From an uncultured Candidatus Saccharibacteria bacterium (GTDB lineage Bacteria > Patescibacteriota > Minisyncoccia > Phycocordibacterales > PALSA-1337), in assembly GCA_964495685.1 (NCBI GenBank), contig CAZBVQ010000001.1:233521-297520 (forward strand): a stretch of DNA of 64,000 nt, read 5' to 3'. Shown here in pieces: positions 38,222 through 47,742 of the stretch. A model generated the notes under the pieces. The model searched no databases and was not told where the DNA came from. It worked only from the letters and a program-made list of their open reading frames with translations. The position numbers and the translations under genes were made by a program. Position 1 is the stretch's first letter. Each line of letters opens with the position of its first letter.

Positions 38222-38821
38222 ATGGATACGGAAACTATAGAGACATATGATTACCTGGCTGCAGAATATGACGCTGAAACAGCTGGCTTTTGGGAACTTT
38301 TCCCCCGCACTATCTTAGATGAATTCACGAAGTGTGTAGGCAAAGGAATGGTGGTGGATATTGGTAGCGGTCCAGGTAGAGGTGCGCTCCTTTTGCAAAA
38401 GAGTGGCTGTCAGGTTAGGTGTCTTGATGCTTCTCAAGCAATGGTTGATATATGCCTTCAAAAAGGACTCGACACTGTCAAAGGAGATTTGATACATACC
38501 TCGTTCAAGGATAGTGAATTTGATGGTGTATGGGCGTATACATCATTACTTCACATACCGAAATCTTCTATGCACGATGCTCTACAAGAGATGTCGCGCA
38601 TACTCAAACCTAAGGGAGTACTCCTTCTTGGACTTATTGAGGGCCAAGACGAAGCGTACCGCACAAGTTCTGGAGTGAATCGTCCCCGACTGTTTGCATA
38701 TTACATGAGGAGTGAAATCGAACAATTGCTGACCGCGGCTGGATTTGATATCGAATATTTCGAATCATTCAAACCGGCTTCCAAAGTTTATCTCAATTAC
38801 ATACTACGAAAACGGGCATGA
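38222..38821 (+). CDS. Class I SAM-dependent methyltransferase
   Basis: VVDIGSGPGRG motif I plus an acidic motif II (VRCLDAS). Confidence 0.85.
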   Translation: MDTETIETYDYLAAEYDAETAGFWELFPRTILDEFTKCVGKGMVVDIGSGPGRGALLLQKSGCQVRCLDASQAMVDICLQKGLDTVKGDLIHTSFKDSEFDGVWAYTSLLHIPKSSMHDALQEMSRILKPKGVLLLGLIEGQDEAYRTSSGVNRPRLFAYYMRSEIEQLLTAAGFDIEYFESFKPASKVYLNYILRKRA

Positions 38822-39345
38822 AAACCATCACTGTTCACGATCGTATGCAGTCCGGATACACCTACGCACTGACCGAGCCTATAGGCAAGAACTTCAACTC
38901 TGAATTCAAACCACACCTGACACCACGGGAGATGCTCGAGATCGGTGTGTTCGGCGGCAAATACATGACCGATTGTCGAGATGAATTTCCTGCGGAATGG
39001 TTCACGCACGCCAAGCTTGCGCAACCAGTCAAGCCCGGCACCACTTGGCCGACACGACGTGACAAGCATCTCAACTTCTTCGGGGTCAACGCGAGCCAGC
39101 CACTCTCGGTTTGGCGTGCCAAGGGTTGGATTCACCCCGATGATCCACGGGGTTGGTTCCAGTGGTATTGCCGATACTACATGGGGCGACGTCATCCGGA
39201 TGATGCGCGCCAGATCAAGCGCTGGAAAGCCATGGTCCGCCACGTTGCCCAGGTTGCGCACAAATGTCGGCCGAGAGATTATTCGTGTAATACCAAGCAA
39301 CGACAAGCGCTTCTCCACTGGGGATATGATAGTAGGAAGCTCTAG
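38818..39345 (+). CDS. Hypothetical conserved-looking protein, translationally coupled to the methyltransferase
   Basis: ATGA overlap with the MTase stop. Trp/Arg-rich (GWFQWYCRYY, RQIKRWK). No recognised family. Confidence 0.5.
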   Translation: MKTITVHDRMQSGYTYALTEPIGKNFNSEFKPHLTPREMLEIGVFGGKYMTDCRDEFPAEWFTHAKLAQPVKPGTTWPTRRDKHLNFFGVNASQPLSVWRAKGWIHPDDPRGWFQWYCRYYMGRRHPDDARQIKRWKAMVRHVAQVAHKCRPRDYSCNTKQRQALLHWGYDSRKL

Positions 39346-39374
39346 GGGAAATATAGTATACTAAAGCCACTACC

Positions 39375-39725
39375 ATGTCCGATCAATATGAACTCATCTT
39401 TATTTTCGTCTCGGTTATCGTGGGTGTGGTCGCGGCCGCTTACTTTTATCTTTCCACTGAGGCATTCAAACATCTCCACCTTTTGCAGCGACCCATCCGA
39501 TGGATTGCTGTGGGCATCTTCTTTATTGCGATAGGTGTGTTACTTGCCGCTTTCATCTCTTATGAAGAGCAACAGGGACTTATTCTGTACTTCTACAATC
39601 TGCCACTTCAGGCACTGTTCTACGTCATTTACATTATTGGATCACTCATGATTATGGTCGGCGCACGCAAATTTACGTATCGTCCGCATGCCGATGTAGT
39701 CGATGTCTCATTACAGGGGAGATAG
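39375..39725 (+). CDS. Small membrane protein
   Basis: Three hydrophobic helices. Confidence 0.4.
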   Translation: MSDQYELIFIFVSVIVGVVAAAYFYLSTEAFKHLHLLQRPIRWIAVGIFFIAIGVLLAAFISYEEQQGLILYFYNLPLQALFYVIYIIGSLMIMVGARKFTYRPHADVVDVSLQGR

Positions 39726-39727
39726 GG

Positions 39728-40957
39728 CTACTCATACCGGAGCGCCTCTATTGGATTGAGCTTGGAAGCGCGTCGAGCAGGGTAGTATCCGAAGACGATA
39801 CCGATGAGCGCCGATACACCGAAGGCGAGAATGACTGACGTGGGCGATACTTGAGTTTGCAAAATGCCTAGCGATGTCACCCCATATGATGCCAGCCAGC
39901 CGAGTATGACGCCGATGGTGCCGCCGATCAGGGTGAGGGCGACTGCTTCGGTTAGGAATTGGACGTTGATATCACGCCCTGTGGCGCCAATAGCTTTGCG
40001 GAGACCGATCTCGCGAGTGCGTTCGGTCACGGTCGTGAGCATCATATTCATGATACCGATACCGCCGACGAGGAGAGAAATACCCGCGACTGCGCCGAGG
40101 AGTATGGTGAATGTTCCGGTCACGCTCGAAGCGGCGGAGACGATGTCTGCCTGATTGAGTACGTTGAAATCAGCGTTTGCTGGGTTGGTTATTTTGTGGC
40201 GAGCGAGTAGAAGTGAGGTGATGTCTGTCTGTACCTGTGTCATCACGTCTGCGTCAGTGGCAGAGATGCTGAGTGACGTGACGTAGGTCGAGTCACCAAC
40301 AAGGAAAAGTTGTGCGGTGGTGAGGGGAATATACACGGTATCATCTTGATTGCCGAAGCCGCCACTACCTTTTGATGCGGTAAGTCCGATGACCTTGAAT
40401 TCCATGCCATTGATACGGATGCTCTGGCCGATCGGATCAGCGTTCGCTCCGAATAAGTCGTCACGCGTGGTCGGCCCGATCACGGCCACTTTGGAGCGGC
40501 TCGAGAGATCTTGCGCCGAAATGAATGAACCATTGTCTAGGGTGACATTGTGAACTGTTGTATATGCTTGCCCTGACCCTATGACTGAGGTGTTGGTATT
40601 GGTTCCTTTGGCGGTGATTTGGTATCGACCCTGGATCTCTGGTGAGATGGCTTGAATGTTGCCGACCTCGGAAGCGATAGCGTCGACATCTTTCATGGTC
40701 AATGTCTTGGCGGCACCACGACCGCTCGATGCGCTGTAGCCGAAGCTTCGTGTAGCACCTGGTGAGACAATGATGAGATTTGATCCGATTGATTGGATGC
40801 TGGACTGGATCGAAGCCTGGGCACCTTGGCCGATTGAGACCATGGTGATGACCGAGCTGATACCGATGATAATACCGAGCATGGTGAGGGAGGTGCGGAC
40901 TTTGTTTGCCGTCAACGCTGAGAATGTCTCGTGGAGTAGATCTGATGTGGTCATAGT
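39728..40957 (-). CDS. ABC transporter permease, MacB/FtsX family
   Basis: N-terminal TM, large periplasmic MacB_PCD domain, C-terminal FtsX 3-TM bundle. ATG start at MTTSDLL preferred over the track's upstream TTG. Confidence 0.85.
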   Translation of the reverse strand, partial: TMTTSDLLHETFSALTANKVRTSLTMLGIIIGISSVITMVSIGQGAQASIQSSIQSIGSNLIIVSPGATRSFGYSASSGRGAAKTLTMKDVDAIASEVGNIQAISPEIQGRYQITAKGTNTNTSVIGSGQAYTTVHNVTLDNGSFISAQDLSSRSKVAVIGPTTRDDLFGANADPIGQSIRINGMEFKVIGLTASKGSGGFGNQDDTVYIPLTTAQLFLVGDSTYVTSLSISATDADVMTQVQTDITSLLLARHKITNPANADFNVLNQADIVSAASSVTGTFTILLGAVAGISLLVGGIGIMNMMLTTVTERTREIGLRKAIGATGRDINVQFLTEAVALTLIGGTIGVILGWLASYGVTSLGILQTQVSPTSVILAFGVSALIGIVFGYYPARRASKLNPIEALRYE

Positions 40958-40958
40958 G

Positions 40959-41663
40959 TTAGTTTTTGATGACGCGTTTCGTATGCTTGCCGCTGTCCTC
41001 GACAATCTCTCCGTCTCGAATATGAATAATACGGTCCGCGTGCTCAGCGACGTCTCTTTCGTGGGTGATCAAGACGATGGTACGGCCGAGCTCTTTGTTG
41101 AGTCGCTGGAATGTGCCGAGCACAATGTTGCCTGTGGCCGTGTCGAGGTTGCCTGTCGGTTCATCGGCAAGAATGAGGGAAGGGTTATTGACGAGTGCAC
41201 GAGCGATGGCTACACGCTGGATTTGTCCACCAGAAAGTTGGTTCGACTTGTGCATGAACCGGTCTTCGGTCATACCAGCACTCATCAATGCTTTGTGGGC
41301 TTGGGATTCACGTTCGTGGTGAGGTATATCTGCGTAGACGAGAGGGAGCATGACATTACGCATGACGGTGGCGCGAGGAAGGAGGTTGAATGATTGGAAG
41401 ACGAAACCGATCTGTTCGCGGCGAATCTGTGCCAGCTCATCCTGAGAGAGTTTGGATACATCATGACCATCGAGTTTGTACGTACCGGATGTTGGTGTGT
41501 CGAGTGCACCGAGGATATGCATCAGTGTCGACTTGCCTGAACCAGAAGGTCCCATGATGGCCACGAATTCTCCATCCTTGATGGTGAAGGTGACGCCACG
41601 GAGTGCGTGCGTGGCATTATCACCCGACATATAGGTTTTGGTGATATGTTTGACTTCTATCAT
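40959..41663 (-). CDS. ABC transporter ATP-binding protein (MacB/LolD-like)
   Basis: Walker A GPSGSGKST, signature LSGGQIQRVAIARA, Walker B LILADEPTGNLD. ATG start at MIEVKHITKTY. Confidence 0.9.
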   Translation of the reverse strand: MIEVKHITKTYMSGDNATHALRGVTFTIKDGEFVAIMGPSGSGKSTLMHILGALDTPTSGTYKLDGHDVSKLSQDELAQIRREQIGFVFQSFNLLPRATVMRNVMLPLVYADIPHHERESQAHKALMSAGMTEDRFMHKSNQLSGGQIQRVAIARALVNNPSLILADEPTGNLDTATGNIVLGTFQRLNKELGRTIVLITHERDVAEHADRIIHIRDGEIVEDSGKHTKRVIKN

Positions 41664-41664
41664 A

Positions 41665-43467
41665 TTAGTTGCCTGGTCGGGCGACTGCGCGTGTGGCTCC
41701 ACCGCCAGCTCTGTTGCCGCCGATGCTCGTCAAGATGTTGGGAGTCGCGGTCGTGGCTGTGCCTGAAGCGATCGTCCGAGTGATGACCCATTGACCGCGC
41801 TCGAGGCCGCTTACGATCTGCGTATTTGTATCATCCGTATCACCAGTCGTTACAGATACTTGAATCGGAGTTACCGCCGTCGTCACATTGACGGTGCGTG
41901 CTGGTCGTGTTGATCCGGTATTTTGGCCTGAACGGAATGCATAACCGCCTGTCGATGACGCGTCCTGGCCGTACATCATAGGTGAGCTTGATCCGGTTCC
42001 GTTCGTGCGATTGAGGTTGCCGGAATTGCGGGACATAGCTGTCGTCGAGGCAGGTAGAGCGCTCTCAGGTAGGATCTCGACATATTTCTTGCCATTTTGA
42101 GTCTTGATAGCGGTCGAGGGTACGATCAATACGTCCGGAGTCACCTTGGTTGCAATGCTGACATTCATGCTCATGCCGGGCTTGATGCGGTCGTCCTGAG
42201 TGTCGATTGCTACGCGCACCGTGTACGACACGACTCCTTGGGATACGGTCCCTACGAGATCGACACGTTCCACGGTACCGGTGGCGTTCAGTCCATCGAT
42301 AGCGTCGAAGGTGATCGTGACTGGTTGGCCGACGTTGACTTTGGCGGCGTCGACTTCATTCAGGGAAATATTTGCGATTTTGCGATCACCGATAATGGTC
42401 GCCACGATAGTGCTGGCACCTGCTTGGCCATAGACAGATACGGGGATGCGGCCGACGATGCCGTCGAATGGGGCACGAATGAAATAGTTGGCGTAGGTCT
42501 CTTGTGCTTGCTGAAGTGAGAGGCGTTGACTTTGGACATCGAGAGTATCAGCGCCATATATCAGTGTGCTGAGATTATTTTTTGCGCTCGCGATACCACT
42601 CTGTGCTGATACGATAGACGATAAGTCGCTATTGATCTGAGTTGACCAGGTGGTGATACTACTTGCTGCAGCAGCCGCATCGACGGCGTGATAGTCGGGT
42701 TGGTACGTCGTCACATACGTGAGTGTATTCTGGAGTGCTTGGAGGGCAGTGGCGACCATCTGGGCAGTCTGATAACTATCATCAATGAGTGTGTCGATAG
42801 TTGAGCTCGCGCTGGAGCGGCCTGACTCTTTGTATAGACGTAGTGAAGTGGCGTAGTGCTCAGCAGCCCGGTCATAGAGACGGCCAGCGGTATCGCGATA
42901 TGTGCGAGCTGTGGAGATGAGGTTTGAGGTATATTGATCGCTCAGGAATCCATCGGCATCATAGAGCATGCTCTTGATGCCAGACATGATACCTGGTAGG
43001 TCTAGATGTAGTGACGAGGCGGCATTGTATGCATCGGTATATGCCTTGGTTACAGAATTCTTGGCATTGGTGAGGTCACCATCCTTGGCAGGTTGGACGA
43101 GCTTGGCATAGGCGATACGAGCGCTCTCGAGACTGATGGCTGCGTCATGGGCATCGAGACTGACGAGTAAATCTCCTTTGTTCACGTGCTGTCCGACAGT
43201 CACGTTGATAGTCTGGACTTTGCTAGATACTTCACTGGTTACATCGAGCTGATTCTCAGCAGAAACTTGGCCGCTCCCGGTCACGGTCTGAGTGACAGAC
43301 CCTGTGCGTGCCATGGTCAGTACGTATTGCGGTGTCGAATTGGCCACTGATGATCGGTGGTAGACATAATATATGCCACTACCAATGATGATCACGATAA
43401 TGACGCTTGCCAGTTTGTGGGCCTTGGCCCAATGTCGAACGCGAGTAAACAAGGAAGGTTTTTTCAT
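41665..43467 (-). CDS. HlyD/MacA-family periplasmic adaptor with long S/T/G-rich C-terminal tail
   Basis: N-terminal TM, a biotinyl-lipoyl-like segment, a long coiled coil, and a beta-barrel. A roughly 130-aa low-complexity C-terminus. Confidence 0.8.
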   Translation of the reverse strand: MKKPSLFTRVRHWAKAHKLASVIIVIIIGSGIYYVYHRSSVANSTPQYVLTMARTGSVTQTVTGSGQVSAENQLDVTSEVSSKVQTINVTVGQHVNKGDLLVSLDAHDAAISLESARIAYAKLVQPAKDGDLTNAKNSVTKAYTDAYNAASSLHLDLPGIMSGIKSMLYDADGFLSDQYTSNLISTARTYRDTAGRLYDRAAEHYATSLRLYKESGRSSASSTIDTLIDDSYQTAQMVATALQALQNTLTYVTTYQPDYHAVDAAAAASSITTWSTQINSDLSSIVSAQSGIASAKNNLSTLIYGADTLDVQSQRLSLQQAQETYANYFIRAPFDGIVGRIPVSVYGQAGASTIVATIIGDRKIANISLNEVDAAKVNVGQPVTITFDAIDGLNATGTVERVDLVGTVSQGVVSYTVRVAIDTQDDRIKPGMSMNVSIATKVTPDVLIVPSTAIKTQNGKKYVEILPESALPASTTAMSRNSGNLNRTNGTGSSSPMMYGQDASSTGGYAFRSGQNTGSTRPARTVNVTTAVTPIQVSVTTGDTDDTNTQIVSGLERGQWVITRTIASGTATTATPNILTSIGGNRAGGGATRAVARPGN

Positions 43468-43469
43468 GG

Positions 43470-44000
43470 CTAGTAGGAGCGGTTATACATCATACCGGGT
43501 TGGTTCTGGGGATTGGTTGATGAGCCGTTCATCATGGCCGGCATGATACGGACGAGCTTGGCTTCGATCGTTCCAGTGTCATCTGGGGTGCCGATGACTA
43601 CGATGAAGTCGTCTGCTTTGACGGTCGTCGATGCGACGTTGGCACGGGCACTGCGGAGGATTGTTTCATTGGTGATACGCACAGTACGTTCGGTGCCATC
43701 ACGGTCTGAGACGATGATATGAGGTAACGAGACACTGAGTACTTTGCCGGTAGTGCCGTGCCCGCCGACGAGCTCATCAGGTCCACGTACTCCCATCATG
43801 CCACCACGCGATTGGGTGTCAGTGCGGTCGAACATGCGGAAATAGCGATCGCCGAGACGTGAGCTGAACTCAGCTTTGCGGTAGCCGACTGACATGCCTG
43901 CCCAGAAGGTGAGGGCGAGTATTAGTAATAGAGCCAGAATTCGTACGAGTACGGATGTCTTGATAGACGATGTCTTTGTTGGAGTTGATTCGGTAGTCAT
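43470..44000 (-). CDS. Membrane-anchored hypothetical protein
   Basis: A single TM after a Thr/Ser-rich N-terminus. Sits in the operon with the sigma factor and the efflux genes. Confidence 0.45.
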   Translation of the reverse strand: MTTESTPTKTSSIKTSVLVRILALLLILALTFWAGMSVGYRKAEFSSRLGDRYFRMFDRTDTQSRGGMMGVRGPDELVGGHGTTGKVLSVSLPHIIVSDRDGTERTVRITNETILRSARANVASTTVKADDFIVVIGTPDDTGTIEAKLVRIMPAMMNGSSTNPQNQPGMMYNRSY

Positions 44001-44012
44001 GATATGTAGATA

Positions 44013-44414
44013 TTAGGCGAACGCTGATAGACGAGCCATGCGCAAGAATGAACGGGCCTTCGTCGCTGTGTATGCGGCGGCGAATAGAGCCATGAGTACC
44101 AATACAGCTCCTCCCACAGGGACACTTTCCATAATAGAAAATAGGGAAGTCTTGAGATTGCTGAATACGTATGCACTATCTGATATGAAGAGCGACAGAT
44201 AATCATACAATCCAGAGCTGGTGGCTTGGCCGTGTGCGTACTGGAAAGCTGGTACGAGGGCAACGAGGGCGACGATGGCTACACTCGCGTATCCGTAGGC
44301 ACGACGTTGGGCGCGTACTATCTGTGCATGCGCGACAGCGGCCACGATCTTGTGATTGAGATCCGGTGACGGTGTGCGCGGACACATGAATGAATACGAT
44401 GCTTCTTGTCTCAT
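44013..44414 (-). CDS. Putative anti-sigma factor (membrane protein), assigned by position
   Basis: Directly downstream of the ECF sigma gene and hydrophobic. No zinc-binding anti-sigma motif seen. Confidence 0.35.
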   Translation of the reverse strand: MRQEASYSFMCPRTPSPDLNHKIVAAVAHAQIVRAQRRAYGYASVAIVALVALVPAFQYAHGQATSSGLYDYLSLFISDSAYVFSNLKTSLFSIMESVPVGGAVLVLMALFAAAYTATKARSFLRMARLSAFA

Positions 44415-44441
44415 GGTGTATTGATACTACGTCGGCCAAGG

Positions 44442-45011
44442 TTATTTTGGTGCAAGAGATTTGAGTAGCACACGTAGCTCTCGGAGAGCGCGGCGATGCC
44501 AGCTTTTGGCTGTATTCATAGGTATACCGAGGATGCCAGCTATCTCTTCGAAGGTGAGTTCTTGGTGATAGTGGAGCATGATAACGGAATAATATTCGGG
44601 TCGTAATGATGAGGTCGCCTTGGTCAGGGAAGCGGCATACTGTGCATTGTCGAATAATTCGTGAGCCAGCGGTTCGGTGTCGACGATTGATTCACTGAAT
44701 GATGTTTCCTGCTCTTCATTCTCGAGGTACGAAAAGGGAACCCCTTTTTTCTTACGCAGATGATCGAATGCGACGTTCTTGGCGATGGTGAACAGCCACG
44801 GTTTCCATTTCTTGCCAGAGGTGAATCGCCCGAGATGTTTCCAGGCACGCAGGAATGTTTCTTGGGTCGCATCTTCGGTGTCAGCATCGTCATGAAGATA
44901 GCTATATACGAAGTTGTATACAGGTGTTAGTGATCGGCGTACCAATTCTTGGAATGCGTCCGGATCTCCAGACTGATGTGAGGTGATGAGTTCCTCGTCG
45001 GCTATAGACAT
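44442..45011 (-). CDS. RNA polymerase ECF sigma factor (sigma-70 family)
   Basis: Region 2 (FQELVRR...YSYLHDDADTEDATQETFLRAWKHLGRF) and region 4 HTH. Confidence 0.85.
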   Translation of the reverse strand: MSIADEELITSHQSGDPDAFQELVRRSLTPVYNFVYSYLHDDADTEDATQETFLRAWKHLGRFTSGKKWKPWLFTIAKNVAFDHLRKKKGVPFSYLENEEQETSFSESIVDTEPLAHELFDNAQYAASLTKATSSLRPEYYSVIMLHYHQELTFEEIAGILGIPMNTAKSWHRRALRELRVLLKSLAPK

Positions 45012-45040
45012 GACGATATCATACTATATAATTCTATCTG

Positions 45041-46786
45041 ATGGTTTTTCTCATCATCTCGTTTGTGGCAGGTATTCTCACGGTGCTCGCGCCGTGCATT
45101 TTGCCACTGCTGCCTGTCATCCTAGCGGGATCAGTGACAGAGACAGTCAATCGCCGCCGCCCGTTTGTTATTATTGGCGCACTTTCAGTATCGGTATTTG
45201 TATTCACCTTACTTCTCAAGGGGACGACGGCGCTCATCATGGTGTCGCCGACAGTATGGTCATATGTGTCAGCAGTCATCTTGTGTATCTTCGGTCTGAC
45301 ATTGACCTTGCCTGAGGTGTGGGCGCGGATCGTGCTCAAGATACCAGGACACAACAAGCCGGACCGCTGGATATCTCGCGGCTACGGGTCAGCCCATTCA
45401 TTCTGGACAGATGTGGTGGTCGGCGCTGCACTAGGACCTGTCTTTACTACCTGCAGCCCAACATTTTTCGTCATCTTGGCGACTGTATTGCCGCAAAGCT
45501 TCTCGGTGGGTATTGTGGATCTTATCGCGTATATTCTTGGGCTGGCCTTGGCATTACTTGTTATCGCATGGGTCGGGCAGCGCGTTATCGACAAGCTTGA
45601 GTGGGCCACCAATCCTTATGGTTGGTTCAGGAAAGTGTTGGGCATCCTCTTCATTCTGGTGGCAATTTCTATCGCTACGGGATATGACAAGAAAATAGAG
45701 ATGCATATCCTCGCCTCAGGTTTTTTCGATGTTACCAAGGTGGAACAGTCTATCAAGCAGCGTTTGGAGGGAGGTGTCCAGAAACAGGGCGCGGTATCAT
45801 CTGAAGATGGCAAGCCAGTTCTTTCGGTCAAGGATATCCCTGGTGTCCCGTATACAGAGTTCACGGGTATTGCTGGATATATAAATACTGATCCCATCAG
45901 ATTGGCCGATGTGGTGGGCAAGAAAGTCATCCTCGTCGATTTCATTGATTACACGTGCATCAATTGTCAGCGTACATTCCCGTACCTGAATGATTGGTAT
46001 ACGAAATACAAAGATCAAGGATTAGAAATTGTCGCTATTCATACACCAGAATTTTCTTTTGAGAAAGACAAGCAAAATGTCGAGAAGGGTATTGCTCAGT
46101 TTGGTCTGAAGTTCCCGATCGTGCTCGATAATGATTATATGACATGGAATGCTTATCGTAATCAGTATTGGCCACACAAATATCTCATTGATATTCATGG
46201 TAAGGTTGTCTATGACCACATCGGTGAAGGTGGCTATGATGAAACAGAGCGACATATCGTCGAGTTGTTGAACGAACGCAAGCAGGTCCTCAATGAATCT
46301 GGGTCAGTACGCGGAGGAGTCACTGCTCCAGCTCCCGTGATACAGGCACGTAGTCCAGAGACCTATTTTGGCGCGACCCGAAATGATAATTTCGCTAATG
46401 GACGTACGCACACCATAGGAGCCGGTACATTCAAGGTACCGACACTTCTTGAACCCAACTATTTTTATCTGGGTGGCGATTGGAAGATCGACCGTGAGTA
46501 TGCCGAGGCCGATTCCGAAGACGCACAGATCTCATTTGTCTTCAATGCAGCCAAGATGTATATCGTGGCGCAAGCGCCAGAAGGATCGTCGGTGACGGCC
46601 AAAGTTTTGATTGATGGTAAACCGATATCAATGACTCAGAGCGGGGCTGATGTTTCAAATGGTACACTCCTCATTGATTCTTCGCGTCTGTATCAGGTGT
46701 ATCAGAATACAACTGCTGGTCAGCACCGGATCGATATTATTTTCTCGAAGCCGGGTGCGCACGTATTCACATTTACCTTTGGCTAG
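45041..46786 (+). CDS. CcdA/DsbD-like transmembrane thiol-disulfide transporter fused to thioredoxin-like (TlpA/redoxin) domain
   Basis: TM region with LAPCILPLLPV. C-terminal redoxin domain with a CxxC (YTCINCQ). Confidence 0.8.
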   Translation: MVFLIISFVAGILTVLAPCILPLLPVILAGSVTETVNRRRPFVIIGALSVSVFVFTLLLKGTTALIMVSPTVWSYVSAVILCIFGLTLTLPEVWARIVLKIPGHNKPDRWISRGYGSAHSFWTDVVVGAALGPVFTTCSPTFFVILATVLPQSFSVGIVDLIAYILGLALALLVIAWVGQRVIDKLEWATNPYGWFRKVLGILFILVAISIATGYDKKIEMHILASGFFDVTKVEQSIKQRLEGGVQKQGAVSSEDGKPVLSVKDIPGVPYTEFTGIAGYINTDPIRLADVVGKKVILVDFIDYTCINCQRTFPYLNDWYTKYKDQGLEIVAIHTPEFSFEKDKQNVEKGIAQFGLKFPIVLDNDYMTWNAYRNQYWPHKYLIDIHGKVVYDHIGEGGYDETERHIVELLNERKQVLNESGSVRGGVTAPAPVIQARSPETYFGATRNDNFANGRTHTIGAGTFKVPTLLEPNYFYLGGDWKIDREYAEADSEDAQISFVFNAAKMYIVAQAPEGSSVTAKVLIDGKPISMTQSGADVSNGTLLIDSSRLYQVYQNTTAGQHRIDIIFSKPGAHVFTFTFG

Positions 46787-46809
46787 TTGTGTGATATTCT
46801 GTCTCCATT

Positions 46810-46914
46810 ATGGCAAAACGAGCATCAGTTCAGAAGAAGGGTTCACGTTCACGCAAGACCACCAAGCGTCTTGTGGCCAAGCGTGCCCGTCTAGCAAAAA
46901 AGCGCGGATACTAA
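46810..46914 (+). CDS. Small highly basic protein (34 aa), possibly ribosomal-like, not in the ORF track
   Basis: MAKRASVQKKGSRSRKTTKRLVAKRARLAKKRGY. Confidence 0.25.
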   Translation: MAKRASVQKKGSRSRKTTKRLVAKRARLAKKRGY

Positions 46915-46965
46915 TTCCTGCGCTAGTGCTAGGACATAAACTTCCCGATATTCGGGCAGTTTTTG

Positions 46966-47133
46966 TTACCAGCTGGCGATTTTGGCACCAACGTAGATAC
47001 CGACGAGGCCGCCGATGGTGCTACCGATGATTCCTGACATCGACAAGGTGCCCGCTCCCCAGAGCGTGGGGATCCAGCCACCGACGATACTACCGACGAG
47101 TACGCCGATCCAGATGAGATGTCTTGTGTCCAT
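46966..47133 (-). CDS. Small membrane protein, GlsB/YeaQ/YmgE-like (55 aa), not in the ORF track
   Basis: MDTRHLIWIGVLVGSIVGGWIPTLWGAGTLSMSGIIGSTIGGLVGIYVGAKIASW with Gly-zipper repeats. Confidence 0.35.
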   Translation of the reverse strand: MDTRHLIWIGVLVGSIVGGWIPTLWGAGTLSMSGIIGSTIGGLVGIYVGAKIASW

Positions 47134-47157
47134 TACTAGATAGTATACAATACATGC

Positions 47158-47715
47158 ATGTCAAGCGTGTCCACAGGTGAACGATCAGCCACTGCCGTGT
47201 TCGCCAATGGTTGTTTTTGGTGCACAGAGGCAGTCTTCTCGTCGCTCAAAGGGGTCAAGTCTGTCGTCTCCGGATATACGGGCGGCGCAACACCAGATCC
47301 GACATACGAGGTCGTTCATACAGGCAGGACAGGTCATGCTGAAGCGATCAAGATAGAGTATGACCCAGATACGATTTCGTATGAGGATCTCTTGAATGTG
47401 TTCTTCAATACACATGATCCGACGACACTCAACAGGCAGGGCAATGACATTGGTACTGAGTATCGTTCGGGTATTTTTTACTTGAATGAGGAGCAGCGCG
47501 TCGCAGCTGAGACATTGGTGAAAGAGCTCAATGATACCAAGGCATATGACAAACCTGTAGTGACGACAGTCCAGCCGCTTGAGGTCTTCTATCCAGCTGA
47601 GTCGTATCATCAGGAATTTTATAAGTATCATTCTGACGAGCCGTACTGCCAGATTGTGATTGCGCCCAAGTTGGAGAAGCTACAGAAGCGATTTGCGGAA
47701 TTATTAAAGCAGTAA
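47158..47715 (+). CDS. msrA: Peptide methionine sulfoxide reductase MsrA
   Basis: GCFWC active-site motif. Confidence 0.9.
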   Translation: MSSVSTGERSATAVFANGCFWCTEAVFSSLKGVKSVVSGYTGGATPDPTYEVVHTGRTGHAEAIKIEYDPDTISYEDLLNVFFNTHDPTTLNRQGNDIGTEYRSGIFYLNEEQRVAAETLVKELNDTKAYDKPVVTTVQPLEVFYPAESYHQEFYKYHSDEPYCQIVIAPKLEKLQKRFAELLKQ

Positions 47716-47716
47716 A

Positions 47717-47735
47717 TTCTAGGCCGGGCCTAGAA
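47717..47735. repeat. REP-like palindrome copy (TTCTAGGCCGGGCCTAGAA)
   Basis: Between the msrA stop and the msrB start. Confidence 0.8.
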
Positions 47736-47742
47736 AAATAAT

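Noticed and set aside
40959-41702. GTG start at 41702 for the ABC ATPase and TTG start at 41005 for the permease
   Set aside because: The internal ATG starts (MIEVKHITKTY; MTTSDLL) remove the 38-47 nt overlaps and match family N-termini. I could not reconcile my hand-counted coordinates with the ORF track (one base) at the 40956-40962 and 41003-41006 junctions, which marks the limit of my coordinate precision.
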